Source of the DNA: a virus
Lineage: Duplodnaviria; Caudoviricetes
Virus record (IMG/VR): IMGVR_UViG_3300044730_000647
Location: 1,079-65,078 of that record
Direction: 5' to 3' (one strand)
Length of the DNA stretch: 64,000 bases
The notes below the pieces were generated by a model that searched no databases, was not told the origin of the DNA, and saw only the letters and a list, made by a program, of their open reading frames with translations. The stretch's first letter is position 1. Every line of letters starts with the position of its first letter. Position numbers and translations under genes: made by a program. Shown here one piece after another: positions 1 through 10,200 of this stretch.

Positions 1-52
1 ACTCAACTACTTATTTGCCTTTTGATACAACAATCTCTATAATATATAACAT

Positions 53-1369
53 ATGATCATAGAAAAGTCACATTGGTCTTCTAATGGAAATGCTATTAAT
101 TTATCAGTTCCATTTACGAAGGTCAATAGAGAAAAAAGAACAGTCTCAGGATTCGCAACATTAGATAACCTGGATCAGACTGGTGATGTCGTTACCCAAG
201 AAGCTAGCATGAAAGCGTTTGAAAGCTTTAGAGGTAACTTAAGAGAAATGCATCAGCCACTTGCAGTTGGCAAGGTGGCATCATTTAGACCAGAAACTTT
301 TTATGACCCTGCAACAAAAGAATTTTACAACGGTGTTTACGTTGATGCATACATTTCTAAGGGCGCTCAGGATACTTGGGAAAAGGTTCTAGACGGAACA
401 CTAACAGGATTTTCCATCGGCGGAAAGATTATTGAATCAGATAACGAAGTAAACAAATCAACAGGAGCATCAGTAAGATTTATCAAAGACTATGCACTAG
501 TTGAACTATCAATCGTTGATTCACCAGCAAATGAACTATGTAACATTTTATCTATTGAAAAAGTAAATGGACAAATGATTTTTAAAGGCATCGCAGCAGA
601 TGTTAAAATGGAAAATATTTTTTATTGTGCAGAAAGCGATTCTGTATTTATGTCAACAGAATCAGAATACATATCTCCAGTTACTGGTAAAAAAACAGAA
701 CTCATTGGATGGGTAGAATCAAACGACGTAAACAAAGGAAAAGAAATAGAGAAGATTCTTGATTCACGTAGATCAAGATTGCAAACATTGCCTGACAACA
801 CAAACATAAATATGGCAATTGCAGAAGGAGGAAATGAAGTGGAAAAGCTTAATGTAACAGAAGCAACTCCAGTAGTAGAAGAAGCAGTTGTAGAAACACC
901 TGCAGAAATTATTGAAGAAGTTGCACCAGTAGAACAAGAGTCTGCTGAAGTTGTAGCTGAAGTAACTTCTGCCGAAGTTCTGGAAAAATCAGCAGAACTA
1001 ACAGAACAGGAATCACCTGATTTTGTTAAGATGCTAGGCGACCTTAAGGGTTTCTTCTCAGAGACTTTGGAAAAGGCCTCTGAGGCAAACGCTGCTCAGG
1101 TTTCAACAATCAAGGAGACAGTCGAAGCTTTTAGCAAGAATGTTGATTTGAGAATTTCAGAATTAGCAGAAAAGCACACAGAACTCTCAACAGCAGTTGA
1201 TTCAATTAAGTCCATCATGGACACAGTTGAAAAAAGAGTAGACGCAGTAGAATCAGACACTGCAATCAAGAAGTCCTCTGACCTTGGCGGGTCAGTTGGA
1301 GTAACAACAATCAAAAAATCAAAATGGAACGGCACTTTCCTCGGTTCCGTTAGCGAATTAACAAAATAA
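53..1369 (+). CDS. Prohead (capsid maturation) protease fused to acidic/coiled-coil scaffolding region
   Basis: N-terminal HK97-type protease pattern (VSGFAT...LREMH...LTGFSIGG...ELSIVDSPAN), then an E/V/A-rich linker and coiled coil; lies directly upstream of the major capsid gene. Confidence 0.88.
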   Translation: MIIEKSHWSSNGNAINLSVPFTKVNREKRTVSGFATLDNLDQTGDVVTQEASMKAFESFRGNLREMHQPLAVGKVASFRPETFYDPATKEFYNGVYVDAYISKGAQDTWEKVLDGTLTGFSIGGKIIESDNEVNKSTGASVRFIKDYALVELSIVDSPANELCNILSIEKVNGQMIFKGIAADVKMENIFYCAESDSVFMSTESEYISPVTGKKTELIGWVESNDVNKGKEIEKILDSRRSRLQTLPDNTNINMAIAEGGNEVEKLNVTEATPVVEEAVVETPAEIIEEVAPVEQESAEVVAEVTSAEVLEKSAELTEQESPDFVKMLGDLKGFFSETLEKASEANAAQVSTIKETVEAFSKNVDLRISELAEKHTELSTAVDSIKSIMDTVEKRVDAVESDTAIKKSSDLGGSVGVTTIKKSKWNGTFLGSVSELTK

Positions 1370-1387
1370 GGGTATGGTGAAAAACTA

Positions 1388-2437
1388 ATGAGTAATGAAC
1401 TATTAGCAAAAGCAGCTGAAGCAAACACAACACTAACAGGTGGAATGACAGGCTCAGCAAACCCTACCGACGGAATTCACGTAGGTTCCGAGGGTAAGGG
1501 AGGCTTGCTCAATCCTGAGCAATCCGCAAGATTCCTTGATTACATGTTCGATGCAACAGTAATCGGTAAAGTAGCACGTACAGTTCGAATGAGAGCTGAC
1601 ACTACAGAGATTGATCGTATCGGCGTCGGAGAGAAGCTTATGAAGCTTGCATCCGAAGCAGAGAACACTGGCTCAAATGCAGCCGTACAGTTCTCAAAGA
1701 TTTCTCTCACAACAAAGAAGCTTCGCCTAGATTGGGAACTTTCAACTGAGTCTCTAGAAGATAACATTGAGGGTGCTGATCTAGAAGATCACATTGCAAG
1801 ACTTATGGCAACACAGGCTGGTAACGACCTAGAGGATGTAGTCCTTAACGGTAACACAGCGCTATCTTCAGATAACCTATACAAGGCATTTGATGGTATT
1901 GTCAAGATTGCAAAGACAAATGGTCGTGTAGTAGCTGGAGCGGGCGCAAACGTGTCTCGTGACATCTTCAACAAGGCACTAAAGGCTATGCCACGTAAGT
2001 ACAAGCAACGTCGTCCAGACCTACGCTTCCTTGCAGGCTCAAACCTAATTCAAGACTACTTGTACTCAACATCACAGAACATCCAGAACGTTAACCCACA
2101 AGATATTGCTTCAAGCATTATCCGTGGAGACCAGGGTGGTCTAGGTGGTCCAGCAGGATATGTGGCACCATTCGCATTTGGTATTCCAATTGTTGAAGTT
2201 CCACTACTTAAGGAAACACAGACAGGTTCATATGCAACACCAACAGGAGAGCACGGAGACGTCCACTTGACATTCCCAAATAACGTTGTTATTGGTATCA
2301 AGCGTGATGTAACTGTTTACCGCTTCTTCTGGCCAAAGAAGGACTCAATCGAATATACAATGTATACTCGTGTGGGTACCCAAATTGAGCAAGCAGATGC
2401 ATGGGTAGTCGTAAAAGACGTTAAGGTTGCTTCTTAA
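1388..2437 (+). CDS. Major capsid protein (HK97 fold)
   Basis: 349 aa with GGLLNPEQ, ELSTESLEDNIEG and DLEDVVLNG motifs; follows the protease; highly-expressed-type codon bias (CGT/ATC/AAC); followed by a terminator. Confidence 0.93.
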   Translation: MSNELLAKAAEANTTLTGGMTGSANPTDGIHVGSEGKGGLLNPEQSARFLDYMFDATVIGKVARTVRMRADTTEIDRIGVGEKLMKLASEAENTGSNAAVQFSKISLTTKKLRLDWELSTESLEDNIEGADLEDHIARLMATQAGNDLEDVVLNGNTALSSDNLYKAFDGIVKIAKTNGRVVAGAGANVSRDIFNKALKAMPRKYKQRRPDLRFLAGSNLIQDYLYSTSQNIQNVNPQDIASSIIRGDQGGLGGPAGYVAPFAFGIPIVEVPLLKETQTGSYATPTGEHGDVHLTFPNNVVIGIKRDVTVYRFFWPKKDSIEYTMYTRVGTQIEQADAWVVVKDVKVAS

Positions 2438-2458
2438 TTAAATAAGAAATAACTACCG

Positions 2459-2494
2459 AAAGGCCCCCAATTAATTTTGGGGGCTTTTCATTTT
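2459..2494 (+). terminator. Intrinsic terminator after capsid gene
   Basis: AAAGGCCCCCAA-TTAATT-TTGGGGGCTTTT hairpin followed by a T-rich tract. Confidence 0.85.
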
Positions 2495-2504
2495 AATTTT
2501 ATAG

Positions 2505-2513
2505 TGCTATAAT
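2505..2513 (+). promoter_or_regulatory. Extended -10 promoter TGCTATAAT
   Basis: Perfect TGnTATAAT upstream of the AGGAG SD and ATG 2541. Confidence 0.7.
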
Positions 2514-2540
2514 TTATATACATACCAAAGGAGTATACAC

Positions 2541-2939
2541 ATGTCATTTGACACACTTAAGGTCAAAGATCTAAAGACGTTAGCAGCGGACTTCGCAGTT
2601 GATGTTGATGGACTAAAAAATAAAGCAGATGTTATTGCAGCACTAACAGAAGAAGGAGTAACTTGGTCAGTTTACCAAGGTACACTTAAAAACATAGAGA
2701 ACGCAAAAGAAGATGCAGATGAAATTCTTCCTAGACTTGATCCAAATCAAAAGCTTGATGAAGATATGGTTCTTGTAAAGATGGATCGACCAAACTACAG
2801 ATACGATGCACTTGGATTTACATTCACCATCGAGCACCCATTTGTAGCAATGAAGCCAGATTTGGCTCAAGAAATTTTTGATAAGGAGGAAGGGTTTAGA
2901 TTGGCTACACCTAGAGAAGTACAGGAGTACTACAACTAA
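2541..2939 (+). CDS. Head-region protein with N-terminal HeH/Rho-N-like domain
   Basis: LKVKDLKTLAADFAVDVDGLKNKADVIAAL resembles the helix-extension-helix motif; SD AGGAG. Confidence 0.55.
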   Translation: MSFDTLKVKDLKTLAADFAVDVDGLKNKADVIAALTEEGVTWSVYQGTLKNIENAKEDADEILPRLDPNQKLDEDMVLVKMDRPNYRYDALGFTFTIEHPFVAMKPDLAQEIFDKEEGFRLATPREVQEYYN

Positions 2940-2948
2940 GCCTAACAC

Positions 2949-3932
2949 ATGGCAGAGATATACATAAACACAAGCACGGCAGCAACAACAAAACTTTACG
3001 TAAAAGGTGAAGCTATAACGCCAACATCATCCGTAGTTGTAAAATTTTATGACATAACTGGCGATCCGCTTGTTTCTCCACAGATTAGTCCCTCATCAAT
3101 TATTGCTACTGTAACAGCAGAAGCGAGTGAAGTTGACCAAGGATCATTTAGTGTTTATCTGCCAGTGCAGCATTCAACAAGAAATAGAAAGTTTAAGTTA
3201 GTTTGGGATTGGCAGTATGACTCAGTTGCTTACTCTAGTACTACGTACCTTGATGTAGTTACTCCATATGTAGATATTCAAGAGGCAGCACAGGAGATAG
3301 GGTTTGGCTCAGACTCTAATGATCCAAACCATAAAACTTATCAAGAGCTAAAATTGGCTGAAAGATATGCTAGAAACATAATAGAAGGATATACTGGCCA
3401 AAAGTTTTATTTATATGACTCAAACTTTTCTACTATTGGTGATGATTCAGATACATTATCTTTCCCAATTAAAATAAATAGGCTACACACATTATATGCC
3501 AATGACCAGTTGTTAATAGATAATATTAATAACATAAACTCATTGGGAATGGTTATAGAGAATACCGCAAGTGGGTTTGGAATAAGAGTTAATCAGTCAT
3601 CAATATTAAATAATGATGTGTATATTGCAAACGGAATGGTTCCTCCGTCAATAAATGACTCTTCGCCAAACATATTTAGAAGATCTCAATCTTATAAAGT
3701 TTACGCTAGATTTGGGTGGGATAACGTTCCAAACGAAGTGCGTGATGCCTCAGTAGAGCTGATGAAGATGTATTTTGCAAAAGACAGAGTCTGGAGAGAA
3801 AGATATATTAAGAAAATATCTACAACAGATTGGGATTTTGAGTATTCCTCTGAAGCATTTAGCGGAACGGGATCTTCCTATGCTGACAAGCTTCTAGCAG
3901 ACTACGTTACAACTCAAATGGTATTACTATAA
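2949..3932 (+). CDS. Head-to-tail adaptor/connector protein
   Basis: Position after capsid; ARNIIEGYTGQKF and FGWDNVPNEVRDAS...ADKLLADY are typical adaptor motifs. Confidence 0.7.
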   Translation: MAEIYINTSTAATTKLYVKGEAITPTSSVVVKFYDITGDPLVSPQISPSSIIATVTAEASEVDQGSFSVYLPVQHSTRNRKFKLVWDWQYDSVAYSSTTYLDVVTPYVDIQEAAQEIGFGSDSNDPNHKTYQELKLAERYARNIIEGYTGQKFYLYDSNFSTIGDDSDTLSFPIKINRLHTLYANDQLLIDNINNINSLGMVIENTASGFGIRVNQSSILNNDVYIANGMVPPSINDSSPNIFRRSQSYKVYARFGWDNVPNEVRDASVELMKMYFAKDRVWRERYIKKISTTDWDFEYSSEAFSGTGSSYADKLLADYVTTQMVLL

Positions 3933-4357
3933 TGTTTGAGGCAGTTAGTGGTCTTATGACCATGAAAATGGATGTATATAGACAACAAGAGCAACAAAAT
4001 AAAGATACTGGTGCAATTGTTAGAGAGTTTTCCTATATAAAAACATTAGACTGCTATGCCAGAGGAATAGTTACAGAAAGTAGAAACAGAACAAACGATA
4101 ATCAAAATTTTTCAAATAAATATTCTAATAATCAATATGCAGAAGTTAGAACATCAGAAAGATTAACCCCAAGAGATAAAGTAAAAAATATTAGAGATGC
4201 TAGCGGTAAGCCTATATGGTACGAGCTAAATTACCCAAGCGACACACCAACAGTGTTTGATGTAGTAGGAACAACCCCTATATCAGATCCTTTTGGAAAT
4301 GTTGTCGGATATAACGCATCATTGCAGAGAGCGGAGAACCAGCAAATTGGCATCTGA
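3932..4357 (+). CDS. Head-tail joining (stopper) protein, putative
   Basis: Synteny, 141 aa, beta-rich, overlaps the upstream stop. Confidence 0.55.
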   Translation: MFEAVSGLMTMKMDVYRQQEQQNKDTGAIVREFSYIKTLDCYARGIVTESRNRTNDNQNFSNKYSNNQYAEVRTSERLTPRDKVKNIRDASGKPIWYELNYPSDTPTVFDVVGTTPISDPFGNVVGYNASLQRAENQQIGI

Positions 4358-5138
4358 AATTTTAGCTATTAAAGCAGCAAGCGGTCTAGTTAGCTTAATG
4401 TCTAACAAACCCGCAAGCGGTGCTATAAAAGATAGCACAGTAGCTCAGATATCTGCAGCATTATTTTATAAAACAAATGTTATGGCAAAGCTAGCATCAA
4501 ATCCTCAATTCCAATCAGCATTTAGAAATGTAATATTTGATCAATTGCAAGTTGACTTTGGTGATTATATTGATGCAAAATCAAGAACTTCCCCAAAATC
4601 TTTTCATCACGTTTATGAGTGGGACAGGGTGGGTCAAGACGAGGCAAGATTGTTTAAATTAAAACAACTTCCAGCAGATGGCTTATCATTAAAACTCAAT
4701 TATGAATTGACCGATTCTAAATCTTTCGTACCTTCTGAAAATTCTAAGAATAAGCATGTCTTTGTAAAAAAGGCTGAAATAATGGAGCAAGGAAAGACTG
4801 TAGTTATTGCTCCAAGATTTTCAGAAAGACTTGTGTTTGATATAGATGGATATACTATATTCATGCCAAAGGGGCAATCAGTTACTGTTAGAAAGCCAGG
4901 CGGAGCGGCAACTAAAAATGCATTCTTTGCACAGTATAGATACTTCTTTACTGGACAGCTAGTCAACATGTCAATAAAAAAATCGGGATTTCAAAGATTA
5001 TTTAACTCATCATTATCTAGAGCATTAGGTGTTCCAGCACAAATTAGAACAGTTAAATATAGCTTCTCGCCAAATCAGCTGGCAAATGAAGCAGAAGCTG
5101 CTACATCGGCAGCATTTGCGAGGTTAGTAAATGGCTAA
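4347..5138 (+). CDS. Neck/tail-completion region protein (likely TTG start at 4347)
   Basis: In frame with ORF 4293..5138; TTG at 4347 follows a GGAG; lies between stopper and tail terminator. Confidence 0.5.
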   Translation: MASEILAIKAASGLVSLMSNKPASGAIKDSTVAQISAALFYKTNVMAKLASNPQFQSAFRNVIFDQLQVDFGDYIDAKSRTSPKSFHHVYEWDRVGQDEARLFKLKQLPADGLSLKLNYELTDSKSFVPSENSKNKHVFVKKAEIMEQGKTVVIAPRFSERLVFDIDGYTIFMPKGQSVTVRKPGGAATKNAFFAQYRYFFTGQLVNMSIKKSGFQRLFNSSLSRALGVPAQIRTVKYSFSPNQLANEAEAATSAAFARLVNG

Positions 5139-5640
5139 TTATAAATTAGATTCAATGTTTGAAATAAGAAAGTTCTTATGGAACAGACTCACACTTCTTG
5201 GTATATTTGATGAAGATGAGTACTATTCAGACAATCTTGGAGAAGCTCTTGTTCCAATAGTGCCAGTTCAGCAACAGCCAGAAATGAATCAATTCTTGAG
5301 CGGTAAGAAGCACATAGTCTACGACAAGGTAGGTATGTCCTATGAGAATAACTGGATGATATGTTGCGAGCAAATCCTATTAACCCTATATTCACCAGAC
5401 ATTCTGGATATTGTTGAGATGAGAAACTTCCTAACTGATGAGTTTAGAAGAATGGATGAGTCTGCAAGAGATGTTAATAAGTGGGCGGGATTATCAGATA
5501 AATTCAAGTTCTATAGCATTCAGGTAGCAGATATATCATCTACAGCCCCATCAGAAGAAATCCAAGGATTCTATGCAGCAGATGTCATATTAGAGATAAA
5601 GTACTCAAGAATATTAGATGGCAAAGGTAGATTTGCCTAG
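5131..5640 (+). CDS. Tail terminator protein, putative
   Basis: 169 aa immediately before the major tail protein. Confidence 0.55.
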   Translation: MANYKLDSMFEIRKFLWNRLTLLGIFDEDEYYSDNLGEALVPIVPVQQQPEMNQFLSGKKHIVYDKVGMSYENNWMICCEQILLTLYSPDILDIVEMRNFLTDEFRRMDESARDVNKWAGLSDKFKFYSIQVADISSTAPSEEIQGFYAADVILEIKYSRILDGKGRFA

Positions 5641-5744
5641 TTTGCCTTTTATAAGCTAGTAGAGTAAAATTAGAACAGAGGAAAGGGCCTAGCCAGCCAA
5701 AATATATATATTAATTTCATATGAAATCAGGAGGCAATACAATT

Positions 5745-6506
5745 ATGGCATATCAAAATACAGGAGACGCCCGCAACATTCTTGTTGGAGCATCACCACT
5801 ATTCTTGTCAGTAGAAGACTCAACAGTATCTGGTTACGATTCAAGCATGGATGCAGGCGAAGCAAACGCTTTTGTTGCATCAAAGAACCGTTTTGTACCA
5901 GCATTCTCATCAGGAGAGTCTTACACTACAACACTAAATAAAGTCTTAACAACAACAGGTGCTACTCAGACAGCAACACCTTCAGAATCAACACCAGCAA
6001 TTGGTGGAGCTTACCGTAACGTTGGTTACACAAATAACGGTCTACAGATCAGCTACCAACCAACATTTGACTCAGTAACTGTTGACCAGTTGCTAGATAC
6101 AGCTAAGCTGTTTAAGTCTGCAATGATGGTTCAGATCTCAACAGAAATGGCAGAAGGTACTCTAGAGAACGTTCTTGCAGTATTTGGTCAAAAGGGATCA
6201 ACACTTACATCAGCAGGAACAGGTGCAACAGCAGTTGACACACTAGGTTTGGAAGCAGGTGCACTAGGTGCAGCTCCAACAGAGCGTCAACTAATTGCAA
6301 TTGGACAGGCTCCAACTTCAGAAGCATCAGCAACTGAGCGTGTATATTATGCACGTCGTGTTTTGTCTGTTGAACAGTCACAGTTCTCTTTGGCTCGTAC
6401 AGCAGCAACAACATTCCCAGTAACATTCCGTCTTCTACCATCAGGTGACTCAGCTCACGCTGGTTCAGAATACGGTAAGATTATTGACCGCGTTCTAGCA
6501 ATTTAA
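5745..6506 (+). CDS. Major tail (tube) protein
   Basis: SD AGGAGG before ATG 5745; RNILVGASPLF and VGYTNNGLQISYQP...VDQL are tail-tube motifs; high-expression codon bias; followed by a terminator and chaperones. Confidence 0.85.
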   Translation: MAYQNTGDARNILVGASPLFLSVEDSTVSGYDSSMDAGEANAFVASKNRFVPAFSSGESYTTTLNKVLTTTGATQTATPSESTPAIGGAYRNVGYTNNGLQISYQPTFDSVTVDQLLDTAKLFKSAMMVQISTEMAEGTLENVLAVFGQKGSTLTSAGTGATAVDTLGLEAGALGAAPTERQLIAIGQAPTSEASATERVYYARRVLSVEQSQFSLARTAATTFPVTFRLLPSGDSAHAGSEYGKIIDRVLAI

Positions 6507-6526
6507 TTATATTAATAATTAATATC

Positions 6527-6552
6527 AAAGCCCCCAAGAAATTGGGGGCTTT
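6527..6552 (+). terminator. Intrinsic terminator after major tail gene
   Basis: AAAGCCCCCAA-GAAA-TTGGGGGCTTT; stem nearly identical to the one after the capsid gene. Confidence 0.8.
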
Positions 6553-6576
6553 GCTGTTGTACCCTTATAATGGTTA

Positions 6577-6585
6577 TGCTATAAT
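6577..6585 (+). promoter_or_regulatory. Extended -10 promoter TGCTATAAT
   Basis: Perfect TGnTATAAT upstream of AGGAGG and TTG 6614. Confidence 0.7.
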
Positions 6586-6613
6586 AATTTAGACGATCCT
6601 TAAGGAGGATAAA

Positions 6614-6946
6614 TTGGCAACAACAGTATATGATGTAGAAGAGATTGAACTACAAAGCGGAGCTAAAGTAAAGCTCAAGCCACTATCAATCAAGCAGCTA
6701 CGAAAGTTTATGGAAGTAATTAAGAAAGTTCAAGATGCAGAAGATGAAACAGCAACACTTGGAATTTTGGTTGAAGCATGCGGAGTAGCACTAGAAACAC
6801 AGCTTCCAGACCTAGTTGCTGATCTTGACAAGCTAGAAGATGCATTGGATGTTCCAACAATTAATAGAATCCTTGAAGTTTGCGGAGGAATCAAGATGGA
6901 CGACCCAAACCTAATAGCGGCAGCGGTACTGGCTGGTCAGAACTAG
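6614..6946 (+). CDS. Tail assembly chaperone (gpG-like)
   Basis: 110 aa between tail tube and TMP; strong SD, TTG start; slippery heptamer near its end. Confidence 0.85.
   Translation: MATTVYDVEEIELQSGAKVKLKPLSIKQLRKFMEVIKKVQDAEDETATLGILVEACGVALETQLPDLVADLDKLEDALDVPTINRILEVCGGIKMDDPNLIAAAVLAGQN
6904..6910 (+). other. Programmed -1 frameshift site C-CCA-AAC
   Basis: X-XXY-YYZ heptamer in the gpG frame (GAC CCA AAC); the -1 frame stays open to 7281. Confidence 0.8.
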
Positions 6947-7281
6947 ATTTAGCCGCTTTAGAAGGACAAGTTTTTCTTCTGGGTCACTGGAAGAATTACG
7001 AAGAATTAGAAGAAAATTTATCAATGCCAGAATTGGTTCAAACCATAACAGCGATAAATGAGAAAGAGCATAACCAAAGAAAATTTGCAGCGTCACTAAA
7101 AGGAATACAATTAGATGATGGTGTAGAAGAAAAAGAAAAAGGTTCTACCTTTGAAGATATCCAAAGAAGAGCACTTGGAATAAATGCATCAGCAGATGAT
7201 GTTGTTGGTTTACAAGGGCCCTTCGCAGCAAAAGCTGGATTTGGAATTGGCGCAGGGTTAGGATACTCTAGGAGTAATTAG
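6910..7281 (+). CDS. Tail assembly chaperone frameshift extension (gpT part of gpGT)
   Basis: Open -1 frame (PNSGSGTGWSELDLAALEG...) with no good start of its own, ending at the TMP start. Confidence 0.8.
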   Translation, partial: PNSGSGTGWSELDLAALEGQVFLLGHWKNYEELEENLSMPELVQTITAINEKEHNQRKFAASLKGIQLDDGVEEKEKGSTFEDIQRRALGINASADDVVGLQGPFAAKAGFGIGAGLGYSRSN

Positions 7282-10200
7282 TGGCTGACGAACAAATTGT
7301 AACCAGTATAGTCGCCAAAGCCGACTTGTCTAGCCTTGTGTCTGAAGTACACAGGGCTAGTTCTAGTCTCCAACAATTACAAAGAGAACTTCTTTCATCG
7401 AATAGAGCAATATCTGCTTCAACAAAATTAGCAAATAACTTATTTAGAGATACACTAACTGGAAGCGGACAGTTTTCTAGTCACTTTGTAAACCTTAATT
7501 CTGATGTAGATAAGTTTGGTAAAAACCTAGACTCTGGAAGATTAAAGCTTAAGAACTATTTCCAGACATTTAGAGAGCATGCTACAACTCAAAAGGGAAT
7601 GATAAGGGAGCTTGCCAAAGAGCAGGTAATGCTTCAAAACTCAGTTCTACAACCTTTAGGTAGAAATGCTCAAGGTCTAATGCAGTACAACGTTATGATT
7701 CCAAGAGGTTTGGATGCCGTAAAAAATAGCGCACAGCTAGCTCGCATGGAACTTCAGATAATGAATCGTGCACTATCTGAAGGAGCAGGATCTTTAATTA
7801 ACTGGGGTAAAAATACCCAGTGGGCAGGTCGTCAGCTTACAGTTGGACTTACAGTTCCATTAACAATGTTCGGTGCTGCAGCAGGAAAAGCTTTTAGAGA
7901 AGCAGACCAAGAGCTTGTAAGACTTACAAAAGTTTATGGTGGGCTAGCTGCAACTTCTGCAACCGACTTAAAAGCAATTAGAGAAGAAGTTGTACAGACA
8001 GCAAAATCTTTATCTCAAACAATGGGAGCTTCTTTTAAAGATACGATTGCCCTAGGTGCAGATATTGCGGCAACTGGAAAGATGGGCAACGACCTTTTAG
8101 GTTCCATAGAAGAAACAACCAGACTTGCAATCCTTGGAGAAGTAGATAGACAAGATGCCATGAAGGCTACTCTTTCAATTCAAACAGCTTTTAAGCAAAA
8201 TACACAACAGCTTACAGAATCAATTAACTTTCTTAACGCAGTTGAAAACCAGACTTCTACAACACTTAATGACTTAGTGGAAGCAATTCCAAAAGCTGGT
8301 CCAGTTATACAGCAGCTCGGAGGCAGCATTGAAGATTTAGCTCTTTACATGACTGCAATGAGAGAGGGTGGAATTAACGCATCTGAAGGTGCAAACGCAT
8401 TAAAGTCAGGTTTGGCTTCTCTTATTAATCCAACAAAGCAAACAGTTGGCATGATGTCTGATTTCGGCATAGATGTTCTGGGTATGGTTGCAAAAAATAC
8501 TGGAAACACAACTGGAATGCTTACAGATTTACAAACAGCTCTTAACAAACTAGATCCTTTAAGCAAAGCTAGAGCACTAGAACAAATGTTTGGTAAATTC
8601 CAGTTTGCAAGAATGAGCGCACTCCTAAACAACCTTGGAAAAGAAGGAAGCCAGACGCTTCAGGTTATGGATTTAATGAAAGCAAGTACTTCAGATTTGG
8701 CGGGAATTGCAGAGCGAGAATTAGGAATGATTACAGAGTCTGCATCTGGTAAATATAGAAAGGCAATGGAAAGCCTTAAAGCAGAGCTTGCAAGCGTTGG
8801 AGAAGAGTTTCTTGGAGTAGCAACAAAGCTTATAAATGCAGCATCAAAAATTCTAAACTTCTTTACTGAGTTGCCAACACCAATTAAAAAAGCTCTCACA
8901 TTTATGGCAGGATTTACAGCATTAGTTGGTCCACTAATTATGTTAACTGGTGTACTTGCTAACTTCTTTGGTTATATAACAAAGGGAATAGTCCAGCTTA
9001 GATCTTTCTTTATGAGAGCAAATGGATGGAAGATGCTTACTCCAGAAATTATTGCTGCTCAAAAAGCAGCAGAAATGGTTGAGAATGCATTTTATTCAGA
9101 TGCCGCTGCAGCTCAAGTTCTTCATAATGCATTACAAAAACTTGTTTTAGATTATCAAAACCTTCAAGCAGCATCAATGAAGAGCGCAGTTCCAGTAAAC
9201 GCAGGAGTGTCTACAGTTGCTGGAAATGCAATTGTTGCTCCTGCTCATGGAAGAAGAGTAGTTGACCCTAACGATCCATATGTTGGAGATCTTAATACTA
9301 GAGCAATGTCTCACATTAGACCAAGAGATCCTAATAACCCAGCCACCTTGTTTGGTGGTGTGCCAGGAGCTATACCAGTAAATAGAGGAATATCTAGAAC
9401 CCCTCAAATTTATATGCACGATAGACTTCCGAATGTTGAAGGGCTAACAAGTGTAAAGGGAATATCAACAGGAATTGTTGCGCCAGAGGCTGCAAAATTC
9501 CATGCGTTGATGGCAACTCTAGGAATGCAAACAGAGCAAGAAGTTGCAAATCTAAAGAAAACAATTGCAATGGGTGGAACGGTAAGCAGAGAACTGCTAG
9601 ATACATTCGATGATATTCTTCCAATAACTCAAAGATTTGCAGATAGCGCAGCAACTCAATCTGCATTAATTGTTCAACAAATGAGAAATGCAGAAATTAC
9701 TGTTGATCAAGCAAAAGCAAGAATACTTGCACTTAATGCACAAATAGAAGCAGACATGGGATCAGCAGTAAGTATGTATGCTGCTGGACGAGGAAGAACA
9801 ATTGATTTAACAAGAGCTCCAATGATGGATCAACCAGTTGTTGATGCTAATGGACAGTTTACACTTAGAGATTTGTATAAGAAAAAGACAAATGCTGCCG
9901 TCATGGAAGAGTTTGGAAGAGTCCGTGGTGTAAGAACATTTGGCGCACCTTACAGTATTCAAACAACAAGAATGCCTAAATTTAATATAGGTGGAGACAT
10001 TGAATCATTTGGTCCAAACAAAACAGTGGTTTCAGGACCATCTTCAGTAGACTATGATGATAGATTGGGAAGTGTTCCACTAGGCGGATATGTTTTGAAC
10101 CAGCAAGCTGCAATGGATCCAGCAAATGCCCCATTAGTTGCAATGGCTCCAAGCACATATTTAAATGACGGTGGAAATATTACAGCAGCTCTTACTCCAC

